A model generated the notes under the pieces. That model worked only from the letters and a program-made list of their open reading frames with translations, was not told the origin of the DNA and did no database searches. Source: Malacoraja senta (Eukaryota). Taken from it: 64,000 nt of DNA. Below are positions 1-13,303 of the stretch, one piece after another; positions within the stretch are counted from its first letter, which is position 1; every line of letters starts with the position of its first letter. Both the position numbers and the translations under genes were made by a program. The stretch lies in assembly GCA_038087875.1 (NCBI GenBank), contig CM075978.1, positions 173,476,001 through 173,540,000 of the forward strand. Direction: 5' to 3'.

Positions 1-632
1 GCCAAGGTGAGGGTTGGGGTCGGAGGAAGGCAGGTGAGTAGATGGAGGCCGAGGCGATGTCTGGTGGGGGGGGGGGGGTGGATGGTGGGTGTTCAGAGAG
101 GAGGGGGGCATGAGGACTATTGTGTGGGTGGGGAGTAGCTGGGGCCACCTGGCTAAAAGGGGAAGAGGAAGAACCAGTGGAACCCCCACTGAGGTTCCCT
201 GCAGGACCCAGCAGTCAGACCCCGTGGTGTGGGAGCTTGCATCGTGGAGACTCAAGTAAGACGATGGTTGCGGCCCGCTGGTGGGCGGTGGATAGGCGAG
301 GGTCGGCGGAGTCGCTGGTAGAGGCCGGCGGGGGACTGTAGCCCGGGTCAGTGGATGAAGCGTCGATGGTCCTAGTCAGCGAATGGCCGGGGAGGCGGTG
401 AAGGTCAGCGGCAGTGGCCCCGGGGAGGCGGTGGGAGTCGGCGACAGCGGCGGTTGTAGCCACGGAGAGGTTGACGACAGTGGCAGCTTCGGTGGTCCGG
501 GCCTGGGATCGGCCAGAAAGGCGGTGAGTGTCGTGGTAGCAATGGCGTCACGGGTCTCGGCCTTGTGGAGTTCGGGCCAGCTTTTCTGGGAATTCCTGGG
601 AACTGAAGTCTTGCGCAAGGAGGATAGCAACT
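1..632 (-). mobile_element. Probable Penelope-like element, Pro/Ser-rich N-terminal ORF region (continues off the window start)
   Basis: GC-rich minus-strand Pro-rich frames end in PSSDPNPHLG at position 1, resembling the region before the RT in fish Penelope ORFs. It abuts an oppositely oriented Penelope terminal piece (635-730), as expected for PLE 5' inversions. Confidence 0.5.
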
Positions 633-1267
633 AGAAACATCACCTATCTACATTCTCCAGAATTGCTGCCTGACCCGCTGAGTTACTCCAGCATTGTTTG
701 TATATCGTTCGTATAAACCAGCATCTGCAGATTTTTTTAATGACATCAAACATGCTTATTGCACTGTTTCATCAATGCACTAAAACCCCTGACATATAAA
801 CAGAGACATGCAGGAAAACTCAAGCAAGGCAGCATCTGTGGAATGGGAATGAGAGGCAACGTTTCAGGTCGACAACATTTCATTAGTAGTATATTAAATG
901 TTAATGTGAGAAAACTCTGTTTTTCCTCTCTCCAAGGCCGCTGCTCGACCGGCTGGCTATTTCAAACGTTCCCTTTGATTTCAGAATTACAGTAGTCACA
1001 GTGTTTTCCAATTTAATTTCAGCACTGTCTTTTTCCTCTCTCTCCTGCTTTCAGAGAACGTGGAAAAATACAGCACAAGAACAGCCCACAATTTCTGTGT
1101 CTAACATGATGCCATTAAACTAATCTCCTCTGATGGCACATGATCCATATCCCTCCATTTCCTACATATCCATCTATCTAAAAGCCTCAAGTGCCATCAT
1201 CGTATCTGCCTCCACCACCACCAATTCATTTATCTCATTTAATTTAATTTAATTTATTCCAATTATG

Positions 1268-1368
1268 TGTTTTTTTTGTTTTGTCGTGATTCTATGCATT
1301 GTAAGGTGTCCTTGGGTTTTAGAAAGGCGCCAGTAAATAAAATGATTATTATTATTATTATTATTATT
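1268..1368 (+). mobile_element. L2-type LINE/SINE 3' tail with (ATT)n
   Basis: tgtaaggtgtccttggg...gaaaggcgcc...aataaaatg(att)n matches the L2-type tail also ending the SINE at 41725-41785. Confidence 0.65.
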
Positions 1369-1770
1369 GTGTTTGACCCTCGTTCAAAGAGGTCAGCTGC
1401 GATCAACAACCCTTCACCGCCCTCACCCCACCACTTCCATTTGCACCATTCCATCTCTCCAGGCCTCCATCCCATCAGACATTTCCTGTGCCCCTCTCTG
1501 CAACTTCAAACATATTTGCCAACTTGCCCTGTTGAAAGTTCTGGAACACCAACTCACTGGTCACTGACCTACCATTCAGGGAGACTTGTCTTCCACCACC
1601 CCCTGCCTTCCTTCACCAAGCCAATGTGGGATGCCATTATCCAACTCGCCTTGGATCCCATGTGCCTACCACGCGGGGCATGGTCAAATGCCTTACTAAA
1701 GTCTACCTTACCTTCAACAATCCTCCCAGTAACCATATCGTATGTGAGAACTGCAAGAGGCACCCATATG

Positions 1771-1925
1771 TAGAAACAAGGAACTGCAGATGCTGGTTTA
1801 CCAAGGACACAAAATACTGGAGTAACTCAGCAGGTTAGGGAGTATATCTGGAGAGCATTAGTCGGTAATGTTTCGGGTCAAGACCCTTCTCCAGATGGAA
1901 GACTCCAGCATTTTGAGTTTGTCCT
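1771..1925 (-). mobile_element. Penelope-derived mini-element
   Basis: aaggaactgcagatgctgg...ggagtaactcagc...gtttcgggtcaagacccttc module, repeated throughout the window. Confidence 0.65.
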
Positions 1926-2747
1926 CCGAAGCATCAACAAACCTCCCATCTCCAGTACCCCCAACTCAAGAGGTTTAGCTACAAGTACAGGTTTGAAGTT
2001 TCCAAGGTTTCCATAGGAGTCCGTCTCCCACTGACTGGTTAATCACACGGTACTATTAACTATCACAATCTATTTAAATCTGCCATTGAGGCTACCGTGT
2101 TAGAGTTCCTACAGGAAAACATACCAAATTGAGCAATTTACAGCTTAACACACACTCCACTTACAAGTCATTTTTCGGAATGAAGGCAGCAGGGTTTCCC
2201 GTTCCTTTCCCAAGGATTCCAAGTGGGTTCAAACAGAATAGTGGATGCCTCTGTCAGTACACCAGCAGCACCATTAATAGCTTATGCTGCTCACTGCGGC
2301 CATTTTGCAGTGAAGTTAGTTTCTCCTATAAATACACCGGTGGAAGGCATGCCAATGAGTCATCTGGAACCTTGTCTACTGAACTTCAAACAACAACTTT
2401 TATCAAACATACACCATGTTCCTGCTAGTTAGTCCAGCGTGTATCCACAGTAGAGCCCAACAATGCACGATGTGACCACACCAATCCTGCAGCCTGGAGC
2501 TGTCACATGAAAGATACCATCTCAGACAGCCTATCAACATAAGAGCTTGCATTTATATTGCTCATTTATCACATGCCTCAACCATTGCCCAGTACTCTGC
2601 ATACAATGAGTCACTTGAACACTGTTTAGATATGTCACTGGGCTATCGTGGACACAGCCAGGGATGCATACAGTTGCCCGCTGTTGGCTGCAGTGAGGGG
2701 TAGGAAACCACTCGAGGAATCCTTGCAGCAACATTTCACAAAGATTG

Positions 2748-2970
2748 TAGACACAAGGAACTGCAGATGCCGGTTTATAAAAAAAGACAAAGTGCAGGAG
2801 TAACACAGCGAGTCAGGCAGCATCTCTGGAGTTCACGGATGGGTGACATTTCAGGATGAGACCCTTTGTCAGTCTTAAGAAGGGTCCCGAGCCAAAACGT
2901 TGCCTATCCATGTTCTCCACAGATTGGAGCCAAGACCCACCAAGTTACTCCAGCACTTTGTGCCTTTTTC
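2748..2970. mobile_element. Penelope-derived mini-element with inverted halves
   Basis: The same module followed by its partial reverse complement (fold-back). Confidence 0.7.
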
Positions 2971-3047
2971 TACTGTAACATTGGCTGGTTATGATTTGTC
3001 AACAAAGATTGCAGATGACAGACTTGGTTCCTGAATGTCAGGAAGAT

Positions 3048-3323
3048 AGGGGTGGCACAGTAGCGCAGCGGTAGAGTTGCTGCCTCACAGGGCCAGCGAC
3101 CTGGGTTCCATCCTGGCTACGGATACGTCTGTGTGGTCTGCTTGTTCTCCCTGTAACCATGTGGGTTTCCTCTGGGTGCTCTGGTTTCCTCCCACATCGC
3201 AAGGTATGTAGAGTGTGGATGAGAAAGTGAGATAACATAGAACTAGTGTGAACGGGTGGTCGATGGTTGGCGTGGACTCGGTGGCCTGAGGACCTGTTTC
3301 CATGCTTTATCTTTCAACCAATC
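3048..3323 (+). mobile_element. tRNA-derived V-SINE (HE1-like)
   Basis: tRNA-like head ggcacagtagcgcagcggtagag with B-box-like gggttccatcc, central tgggtttcctctgggtgctctggtttcctcccaca V-domain, and CR1/HER1-like tail. Confidence 0.85.
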
Positions 3324-4053
3324 CCTTCTACCAATTACTTCATGTCCTAGTATTTAGCCTGACAAGGGAAACAGGTCTTTCCTGTTGAACCTATGCAAAA
3401 CTCCCAATTTGCAAGTAAATATCGCTCGACACAGTGAAACAGCAGTCTGCACTAGAGGGCATACCTTCACACTAAAAACAGGGAAAACGCCCTTCACTAT
3501 AATTCACACAATTTCAAGGGGTTTTAAGTGGGAAAAAGAGTACTTTTTCATTGTTAAAAAAGTACACCTGTATTCTAATCTCTCAGAACACAACACTGTC
3601 AAAAAGAAAAAAAATGTCGCGGGTGGGGGGGGGCAGAAAACACTTCATACTTACAAGTGCCATTGAGGATCACTTTGTACAACATTACAAATCAAACCAA
3701 TGTTTTGATGCTGCTTGGAATCATTAAATGAAGGAACTCCGTCTGACATAACACCCCCTCCTTGATGACACACAAACACTTTAAGTATATGCTTCACAGA
3801 AAAAAAACAACGTGGAAATGAGTGAAGGCTGGGAGAACCATCAAAACCAACATGAAGAACCAGCTTGGACGATTTTATTTGCATTATGTTATATAAAATA
3901 AACACCTCAGAAAGACATGGGATCCGGTATGAATGAGTCACTGAGAGAACTTAGAGAGCTTGGTTCACCACAAAGAAGCCCTTTCACTCGCTCAGAGCCA
4001 GGCAGGCCATCTGTACCAAAACATGCAGGGTGTAGCAAGCCAGCCCTGCTCCT

Positions 4054-4165
4054 CTTGACGGCACCAACTCCACACTACAACCTCATGCCCATCAGTACTT
4101 GCCCATTTACTTGACGGCACCAACTCCACACTACAACCTCATGCCCATCAGTACTTGCCCATTTA
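4054..4165. repeat. Perfect 56-bp tandem duplication
   Basis: cttgacggcaccaactcc...cttgcccattta occurs twice head-to-tail (4054-4109, 4110-4165). Confidence 0.95.
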
Positions 4166-4235
4166 CTTTTCCCAAGTAATATCGGTCTTTGTAAACCGCC
4201 ATCTGCAGTCAAGAGTCAGGAGTGTTTTATTGTCA

Positions 4236-4420
4236 GGTACACAAAAATGCTGGAGAAACTCAGCGGGTGCAGCAGCATCTATGGAGCGAAGGAAATAGGT
4301 AACGTTTCGGGCCGAAACCCTTCTTCAGACGCTGCTTTAGATGCTGCTGCACCTGCTGAGTTTCTCCAGCATTTTTGTGTACCTTCGATTTTCCAGCATC
4401 TGCAGTTCCTTCTTTAACAC
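4236..4420. mobile_element. Young Penelope-derived mini-element with 15-bp TSD and hammerhead core
   Basis: agtgttttattgtca at 4221-4235 and 4421-4435; internal inverted repeat; CTGAAGA-A-GGGTTTCGGCCC-GAAACGTT on the minus strand (4301-4328). Confidence 0.85.
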
Positions 4421-4597
4421 AGTGTTTTATTGTCATATGTCCCAAACAGAATAATGAAATTCTTACTTGCAGCAGCACAACAGATATGTAAACATAGTAC
4501 TCTGTAAACAATACAACAAAAAAAAGTTTTATACACTCACACACACACACATATATACACATCTATATACACACACACACACACTCGTATACATATA

Positions 4598-6204
4598 CAG
4601 TGCCCTCCATAATGTTTGGGACAAAGATCCATCATTTATTTATTTGCCTCTGTTCTCCACAATTTGAGATTTGTAATAGAAAAAAAAAATCACATGTGGT
4701 TAAAGCGCACATTGTCAGATTTTAATAAAGGATATTTTTATACATTTTGGTTTCACCAGATAGAAATTACAGCAGTGTTTATACATAGTGCCCCCATTTC
4801 AGGGCACCGTAATGTTTGGGACACAGCAATGTCATGGAAATGAAAGTAGTTATGTTTAGTATTTTGTTGCATATCCTTTGCATACAATGCTTGAAGTCTA
4901 CAATTCATGGACATCACCAGTTGCTGGGTGTCTTCTCTGGTGATGCTCTGCCAGGCCTGTATTGCAGCCATCTTTAGCTTATGCTTGTTTTGGGGGCTGG
5001 TCCCCTTCAGTTTTCTCTTCAGCATAAAAAAGGCATGCTAAGTTGGGTTCAGATCGGGTGATTGACTTGGCCATGCAAGAATTGACCATTTTGTAGCTTT
5101 GAAAATCTCCTTTGTTGCTTTAGCAGTATGCTTGGGATCATTGTCTTGCTGTAGAATGAACCGCCGGCCAATGAGTTTTGAGGCATTTGTTTGAACTTGA
5201 GTAGATTGGATGTATCTATACACTTCAGAATTCATTATGTTACTACCATCATCAATGAAGATAAGTGAGCCAGTATCTTCAGCAGCCATACATGACCAGG
5301 CCATAACACCCCCACTACCGTGTTTCACAGATGAGGTGGTATGCTTTGGATATTGCGCAGTTCCTTCTCTCCTCCATACTTTACTCTTGCCATCACTCGG
5401 ATATAAGTTAATCTTCGTCTCATCTGTGGTTGCTCTTTTAAGTACTTTTTGGCAAACTGTAACCCGGCCATCCTATTTTTGCGGCTAACCAGTGGTTTGC
5501 ATCTAGCAGTGTAGCCTCTGTATTTCTGTTCATGAAGTCTTCAGTGGACAGTGGTCATTGACAAATCCACACCTGACCCCCTGAAGAGTGTTCCTGATCT
5601 GTCGGACAGGCGTTTGGGGATTTTTCTTTATTATAGAGAGAATTCTTCTGTCATCAGCTGTGGAGGTCTTCCTTGGCTTGCCAGTCCCTATCCTCAGCTC
5701 AACAGGGCTCTCTTTCTTCTTAATGATGTTCCAAACAGTTGATGTTGGTAAGCCTAAGGTTTGGCTCATGTCTCTAACAGTTTTATTCTTGTTTCTCAGT
5801 CGCATAATGGCTTCTGTGACTTTCATCGGCACAACTTTGGTCTTCATGTTGATAAACAGCAATAAAAGTTTCCAAAGGTGATGGAAAGACTGGAGGAAAG
5901 ACTAGGTGCTTAGAACTCTCTTATACCTGCATTAAGGAGGCATTTCAACACCCCTTAAATTACAAACACCTGTGAAGCCATATCTCCCAAACATTATGGT
6001 GCCCTGAAATGGGGGGGACTATGTATAAACACAGCTGTCATTTCTACATGGTGAAACCAAAATGTATAAAAATGGCCTTTAATAAAATCTGACAATGTGC
6101 ACTTTAACCACATGTGATTTATTTATATTACAAATCTCAAATTGTAGAGTACAGAGGCAAATAAATAAATGATGGGTCTGTCCCAAACATTATGGAGGGC
6201 ACTG
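4598..6204 (-). mobile_element. Full-length decayed Tc1 transposon (DD34E, IR/DR type)
   Basis: About 220-bp TIRs starting CAGTGCCCTCCATAATGTTTGGGACA, TA on both sides, and inner direct repeats at about 4809-4823 and 5983-5997. Inserted into a (CA)n tract in a Rex-type tail. Confidence 0.97.
4940..5850 (-). pseudogene. Tc1 transposase pseudogene
   Basis: HTH region (TLGLPTSTVWNIIKK, GKPRKTSTADDR), TDETKINL, KHGSGGVMAW and QQDNDPKHTA...WPSQSPDLNPT. The catalytic E, 34 residues after the second D, is now a TAG stop; there are frameshifts. Confidence 0.93.
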
Positions 6205-6719
6205 TATATATGCACACACACACACATATACACACACACTTAAATATACATACATACACATAAAACAAACAAATAATAGTGCAAAAAGACAAAACCGATG
6301 CCAAGTCTTTCTCTTCCTCTCTAATGTTGGTCAGGTTTTGTTACTCGAGTGAGTGGGGAATAAGTATAGGATCCAACGAATCCGAAAGTAAACTAGAGTT
6401 ATGAAGCAGATGGGTCATAACTGCACAAATTGATTTCAAATCACAAATGCAATCAGAATTTTCAAACACTCGGAGGTAAATCAAAGCAAGTCATCCTATC
6501 TCCCAGTTCTTCCATCTCTGTGCATCTGCTCTCTAATGGAGGCCTCCATTCCACAATATCTGAAGAGTCCTTTCTCACGTGGCTTCCCGTCTGCTGTGGT
6601 TGACAGAGCCCTCTCCCGCATCTCCTCCATTACTCACACTGCTTTCACCTCATCTCTCTCCAAACAGCAGAGAGGTAGCTCCCTCACTCCGCACCTTCCA
6701 CTCCATCGCATCGTCATTT

Positions 6720-7265
6720 CTCTATTGAACTTCTCTAGGTCTACGGTAAAGAGCATCCCGACTGGTTGCATCATGGCCTGGTTCGTCAAATCAAACACGT
6801 AGGAATGAAGGGGATTACAGAGAGTGGTGGACACTACCTGGTCCATCATGGGTATTGACATCCCCACCATCGAAAGGATCTACAAGAAGTGCTGCCACAA
6901 AAAGGCAGTCAATATTGTAGCTTCACAGCGCTCTGGTCACGCTCTCATCTTGTTGTTACCATTGGGGAGAAGGTACAGGAGCCTGAACACCCCGACCTCC
7001 AGGTTCAAGAACAGCTTCTTCCCAGCAACCATCAGGCCCTTGACACTACACAACATTAATCTCAGCAACTCTGACCTTCCATGGACCATATCTTTGGTTT
7101 TGTACTATTATGGTTTCCTGGCATTACTCTTATTCATTTGTTGTATTACAGATTATTATATGTTTATTTCTACATTACCACAGCGATGAGCATGTTATGC
7201 TGCTGCAAGTAAGAATTTCATTGTTCCGTTGCCAGTAAGCATGACAATTAAACACTCTTGACCAA
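6720..7265 (+). mobile_element. Rex-Babar LINE 3' fragment
   Basis: Remnant peptides SIPTGCIMAWF and GRRYRSLNTPTSRFKNSFFPATIR plus the aagaatttcattg...tgacaat tail; homologous to 57820-58900. Confidence 0.85.
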
Positions 7266-7279
7266 CTCTCAGCCTGTAC

Positions 7280-7688
7280 TCGCTGTTTAGAAGGATGAGG
7301 GGGATCTCATTGAAACCTACCAAATAATGAAGGGCCACGAGAGAGTGAATTAGAGAGGATACTTTCCAGTAGTGGGAGAGTCTAGGACCAGAGGACACAG
7401 CCTCAGAATAAAAGGACATGCTTTTAGAATGGAGATGAGGAGAAAATTCTTTAGCCAGAGGCTGGTGAATCTGTGGAATTCATTGCCAAAGGCAGCTGTG
7501 GAGGCCAAGTCATTGGGTATTTTTAAAGTTGGGATTGATAGGTTCTTGATTAGTAAAGGCGTCAAAGGTTAGAGGGAGAAGGCAGGAGAACGTGGTTGAG
7601 GGGGGAAAAGAGATCTGCCATGATTGAATGGTGGAACAGACTCAATGGGCCGAATGGTTTAATTCTGCTCCAATGTCTTACGGTCTGA
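7280..7688 (+). mobile_element. CR1 (HER1-like) LINE 3' fragment
   Basis: RRMRGDLIETY...ESRTRGHSLRIKG...FFSQRLVNLWNSLP followed by the CR1 3' UTR. Confidence 0.9.
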
Positions 7689-9204
7689 GAGGGGTCTGGT
7701 TCATTGCCATATTGTGGGAGCTTGTGTTCAAAATGATGGCTGTGCCTTTCGCAGAGATCATCTCAAAAGTACATCATTACCCAAATGCATGAAAGGATCT
7801 AGCTTCCCTTCAAACCAAAAACACATTTCCTCCAAAAATCCCAGGCAGCAGAGCTGTTTTTAAACATCCTGGAGATTGTTATGAATCCCTGTAAGAGTTT
7901 GCTATACTAAGCTAAGCTTAATGTAGCGCGTCAGTTTTTAAAAAGAAATAATAAACGATCAAGGGTTGGTTTCCCGTGGGCATCTGATGAAGCTACATTG
8001 AAATCTTGCCATCATATATTTTACTTCAGTTTCCACTTGAATGTAAATGTATTCTCAAACTCTCACAATAGACAGAGTTACAAAGCCAGCGGATATCAAC
8101 AGACCAGACATTCCTGGTACTGCAAGGCAACTCGCCGACGCGGAAATCCATGTCTCTATTTGCTGGAGATACAAGGAACTTCAGATGCTAGGATCGTGAA
8201 CAAAAGACAAAGTGCTGCAGGAACCCAGCGGGTTGGGAATGAAACACCGTCTGTCCAATTCCTCCACAGATTCTGCCTGACTATATGTTTAGTAGCATAT
8301 CGACCCTCACTAGCAACGCTTCCTCGGCACGAATGGACACTTTGGAAGCATCACGGTGTCACCATACAGTAGGGATTGCAAACAGTTAAGGGAGACAATG
8401 GTGTCTGAGAAACGAACAGTGTCACAGCAAAAGGAACCTGAAAAGACAAAACATTAATGTCTACAAGTATAACTCTGGTCAAATATGGTCAATGCCACTT
8501 GAAATATCTAGACAGTCTAAGAAAATAATGCTGCCCGCAGTCTAATGAAACGGTTTTGCACCCACACTAATAAAGCATTCTTAAACAAGTGTTTACAAAT
8601 TGTCATGAAGTGCTTGCAACCCGAATGCCAACAGATCTACTTGTTTACTCTAACACTCACCAAATCTAGCAGTCACAACACATCTGACCATTAAATCCCC
8701 AATGTGATTATCCACTAAAACCATTAGATCCTCTTCAAAGGCATTCTGGTGTTGTCATGAGGATGAAAATAGAAAACGAAGTCACAGCAGAACAAGACGG
8801 TGAAATAACTCCCCTTTGGATTAACAAGCCATTTAAAACAATAAAGAAACAGAACACTGCAAAGTGATTTAAAACATCCCAGTTTGCACACATGAAGAAT
8901 GTGCAGAACAAAGCATTTGACAGATGCACCAAGACAATCAAACTGTTGTGTGCTAGTTGGCAAGTATACAATCACCGATTCAATAGAGAGGGTGTGGGCT
9001 GACGTGGTCCCAACAGGACAGTTGCTGCCCCAGTAATTCCTGTGCTCTCGTGTGCTGGTTGTGTAACCTCGTCTTCTGGTGCTGAGAATCTGTCCAGGTG
9101 ACATCCTGCACCAAGACCTCAAATGGTTCTCGCAGTGTTTGAGTGATGTTTTATGGCCAAGTGTCCTGCGGGATTGGCTTGGGTTCTCTCTCTCTCCCCT
9201 TCTT

Positions 9205-9665
9205 TTATTGGGATGCATCACTGGGTGGTTTGGGAAAAGATCCATGCAAGACCACAAGAAATTGCAGAATTGTAGAAGCAGCCAGACCATCACACAAACT
9301 ATCCTCCCTGCCATTAACTCCATCTACTCTTTACGCTGCCTCGGGAAGGCCACCGGCATAATCAAAGACCATTCTTACCCCCTCTTCGACCCTCTCCCGT
9401 TCGGGCAAAAGATTCTTCACATCTGTCATCAGGCAACTGAACCATTCTATTACCTGGAGAGCAGTCCTGGCCTCACATCTACCACATTGGAGACCCTCGG
9501 AACTCTTTAATCATACTTTTCTTGTACTGAACCTTATTTCCGTTATCCTGTATCTGAACACTGGTTTGATTGTAATCATGTACTGTCTTTCCGCTGATTG
9601 GATAGCACGTAACAAAAAAGCTCTTCACTGCACCTCGGTGTGTGTGACAATAAACTAAACTAACT
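9205..9665 (+). mobile_element. Rex-Babar LINE 3' fragment
   Basis: GCITGWFG...RCLGKATGIIKDHS remnant and tgacaataaactaaactaa tail. Confidence 0.75.
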
Positions 9666-10169
9666 CTGGTTGTGGAAAATGTACCCAGATCGAGCTGCCG
9701 GCCATGTCCTATGGATCATATCTGTCCATTATGCAGCTCCTACATTCTTGTGTCCAGGAGGCATGGGGAACTGCAGATGCTGGAATCTTGAGCAAGAAAC
9801 AAAGTGCTGGAGGAACTTAGGGGGTCAGGCAGCATCAGAATGAAGATACGTCCCAATCCAAAAGCATTGTCTATCCATTTCCCTCCACAGATGTTGCCTG
9901 ACCCACTGAGTTCGTCAGGGGTGTTGTTTCTTGTGTCGAGATTCGTTCGTCTATGTTCTCACTCTCTAACTGCTCCCATTCACTCACTGATCACTAACAA
10001 TGTTTAGTTACAATTACGCAGATTTTATTATTCAGCAAAGGACCTTCCAGAAATTGATGAAGAGATGGAAGGTGGAATGCAAGAGAACTAGAGAAAAACA
10101 CCTCGACTGAAACCGCTTCTCGGTAAGTGAAAAGTAAAAGAACAGCAAGGCAAAGGTGACCCCATTATA

Positions 10170-11300
10170 GACAGGGCAGGAGAGTTTTTAGTGGGTCATA
10201 AGGAAATGGCAGATGAATTGAAATATTTTCCATTAGCTCTCATGGAAGAGAAAACCTGTCAGATATATTAGAGCACAGTGCTAGAGGAACTCAGTGGGTC
10301 AGGCAGCATCTGTGGAGAGAAATGGACAGGTGACATTTTAGTTCTGGACCCTCCTGCAGACTGATCAGTCGCACAGACCGTTGGTTATCAGGGTTTGTAC
10401 AAGAAAGAACTGCAGATGCTGGTTTAAATTGAAGGTAGACACAAAATGCTGGAGTAACATAGGCAGCATCTCTGGAGAGAAGGAATGGGAGACTGAAGAA
10501 AGGTCTCGACTCGAAACGTCACCCATTCCTTCTCTCCAGAAATGCTGCCTGTAACCCTGGTTATCGGGGTTAGCCCCTATGGAATTGGAGACAACTCAAG
10601 TTATGTCACCGTTTAAAAATGGAGGGGGAGAGAAAACACAGGAATCCGAAGACCGTTCCATCAATAGTGGAAAATGCTAGGAACTACTATAAAGCACAAG
10701 CTAACAGGATACTCAAAATGTCAACGGGATTCGACACAATCACTATGGATTTCTGAAAGGGAATCTGTTTTTTGGCCAACCTCAAAGAGATTATTTGCTA
10801 AGGATTTAATAGAGAAAATAAAAGGGAGCCATTAGCTGGTATGATCTTGGATTTTCAAAATGCCGTTGATAAAGTCAGACACATAATGCCACTGCTCAAA
10901 ACTACTGCTACTGGGGGTAATATATTGGCATGGATTGAGAGTTGGTTGACAGACAGGAAGCAGCAGGAATGAATGGGCCCTTTACAGGGTGGCAGAAACT
11001 GGTGGGAAACTGCAGGGGTCCGAGCCTGGGCCTCGGCAGCTCGGATGAGGAAACCAGATGTCATAATTGAAGTTTGTAACAACACTAAACTGGGTGGGAT
11101 TGTGAGCTGAGAAGATGCAGAGACTTCTAAGTAACTTTGACAGATTGAAGGAGCGCGCAGAAACTCGGCAGATGCAGCGTAACACAGATAAATGTGCAGT
11201 TAGCCATTTCTTCAATGCCATTAGCATGGGAAATATTGCCGTACAGAGACTTGGGTGTCCTTGTTCACCAGTCAACCGTGCATGTGTAGCAAGCAGTTGA
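10170..11300 (+). mobile_element. Old degenerate CR1 RT fragment interrupted by Penelope mini-elements
   Basis: Remnants of PxFKKG, LDFQNAVDKV and ILAWIESWLTDRKQ; Penelope modules at about 10270-10360 and 10404-10552. Confidence 0.65.
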
Positions 11301-11675
11301 ACTGACCAACGGTGTAGAAAAAAGAAATACAGATGCTGGTTTATACCGACTATGCGCACAGTGCTGGAGCAACTCAGTGGGTCAGGCAGCATCTCTGGAG
11401 AAAAAGGATGGGTGACATTTCATAAGACAATAAGTGATAGGAGTAGAATTAGGCCATTCGGCCCATCAAGTCTACTCCGCCATTCAATCATGGCTGATAT
11501 ATCTTTCCCTCCCATTCTCCTGCCTTCTCCCCATAACCTCCGACACCCATACTAATCAATACATTTCAGGTTGGGAGCCTTCTTCACATTGAAAGTAGAG
11601 GGTACTGGAGGTATGAAACGGTCAGAACAAAGCAGGGCTGGCAACAGATGACCAAGGAATGGCCCATAACAGCCC

Positions 11676-12820
11676 ATCACAAGGGCATTAGATAAGGGAA
11701 ATCTATACAGATGGCAATCCTGGACTTTTCGAAAGCGTTTGATAAAGTTCCTCATGAAAGGCTCCTAGGAAAACTGGATTACTATGGCATCAGAAATAGT
11801 CTACATAACTGGATTAGGGACTTTCTCACAAACCGGACGCAGAGGGTGGCCTGTGAAGGAAACATTTCTTTAGAAGAACAAGTACTGTCAGGAGTACCGC
11901 AAGGCACGGTCCTCGGATCACTGTTGTTCCTGACGTACATTAATGATCTACCTGAACACATAAATTGTAAAACAAGACTCTTCGTAGATGATTGTCTTGT
12001 ATATCCACCTGTCACTGATGTAGAGGATATGAACTCCTTACAAGAAGACCTTAAGTCCTTGGAATTATGGCAAAACACATGGAAGATGAGCTTCAACCCA
12101 ACCAAATGCTCAATTATGGTAATTTCAAACAAGAAACCACCTACTCGAGACTATGTCTTCTGTGGACAAATACTTCATCGTACAAGTTCACAACCATACC
12201 TTGGAGTTCATCTAGACAGCAAGCTTTTGTGGGGGGAACACATGGACAACACGGTCACTAAAGCCAACTAGGATTCCTTAGACGAAACCTCTGGTTCTGC
12301 CCAAAGGAAGTGAAAACCACAGCATATACAACATTGGTTAGACCCTTACTGGAATACGCTTCATGCGCCTGGGACCCGTACAAAACTGGTCACATCAACA
12401 AAACTAGAAGGGGTACGGAGGAAAGCAGCACGCTTTTGCATCGGGAATTACAATAGAGGTAGCAGTGTCACCCAGATGTTGTCCGACCTAGAGTGGGAAA
12501 CGCTGGAAACAAGAAGGGCAAGAAACAGACTAGCCATGTTGTACAAGATTCAAAAGGGGATCATGGGCATAACTGCAGATAGATACACAACATACTCAAC
12601 AGAAAGGAGAACAAGAGAAATTATATGCAAATAGAAACCAGGACAGATATTTATAAGAACTCATTCTTTGTAAGAACCTTAAGGGAATGGAATAAACTAG
12701 ACAATATAGTCAAATCACCTTCACTAGACTGTTTTAAGGGGGCACTAACAGCACGTTAGTATGCACAACACATCCAAGTTGGCGATATGCAGAGTACTGC
12801 CGACTACAAATTCAGAAGGT
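11676..12820 (+). mobile_element. 5'-truncated RTE-X-like LINE (RT and C-terminus) nested in a minus-strand Penelope remnant
   Basis: ORF 11711-12271 LDFSKAFDKVPH...GVPQGTVLGSLLFLTYINDLP...RLFVDD continues frameshifted as GFLRRNL...AYTTLVRPLLEYASCAWDP. The flanks (11560-11675, 12821-12970) rejoin as Penelope 3' sequence. Confidence 0.85.
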
Positions 12821-12897
12821 TCATTGTTAGTTGGGGAAGAGGTGGTAATGAAGGGATACAAAGATGTGAACAGTGGAACTGGTAGGATAACTAGGCT

Positions 12898-12928
<31 letters not shown>

Positions 12929-13303
12929 GGGGAATGCAGGGGTTACTTGAAATTAGAGAAATCACGTTAATACCTTTCATGGTGTGAGGATTTGAGCATG
13001 GGTGCTCCTTCCCCTTTATTATCAGGTTTCTGAACGGTTCCTCCATAACCTAGGACACTGTCCGATTCACCTCTACTCCTTTGCAGACAATGGACTTTGT
13101 CTCTGGAACATGCACTACAATGCTGAAAACTATACTCTGCCCTCAGTATCTTGTACTTTGCCCACCAACTGCACTTGAGTTTAATTCGAATGTATTTATG
13201 TATGTCATTGTTTGATCTGACTGGCTAGCATGCAAGACAACGCTTTTCACTGTTCCTCAGTACACATGACAATAAAAAACCTAAACCTAAAGATGCATTG
13301 TTA

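Noticed and set aside
3651-3941. Minus-strand ORF ending at a GTAAGT donor
   Set aside because: The donor is present but there is no good acceptor and no recognisable peptide.
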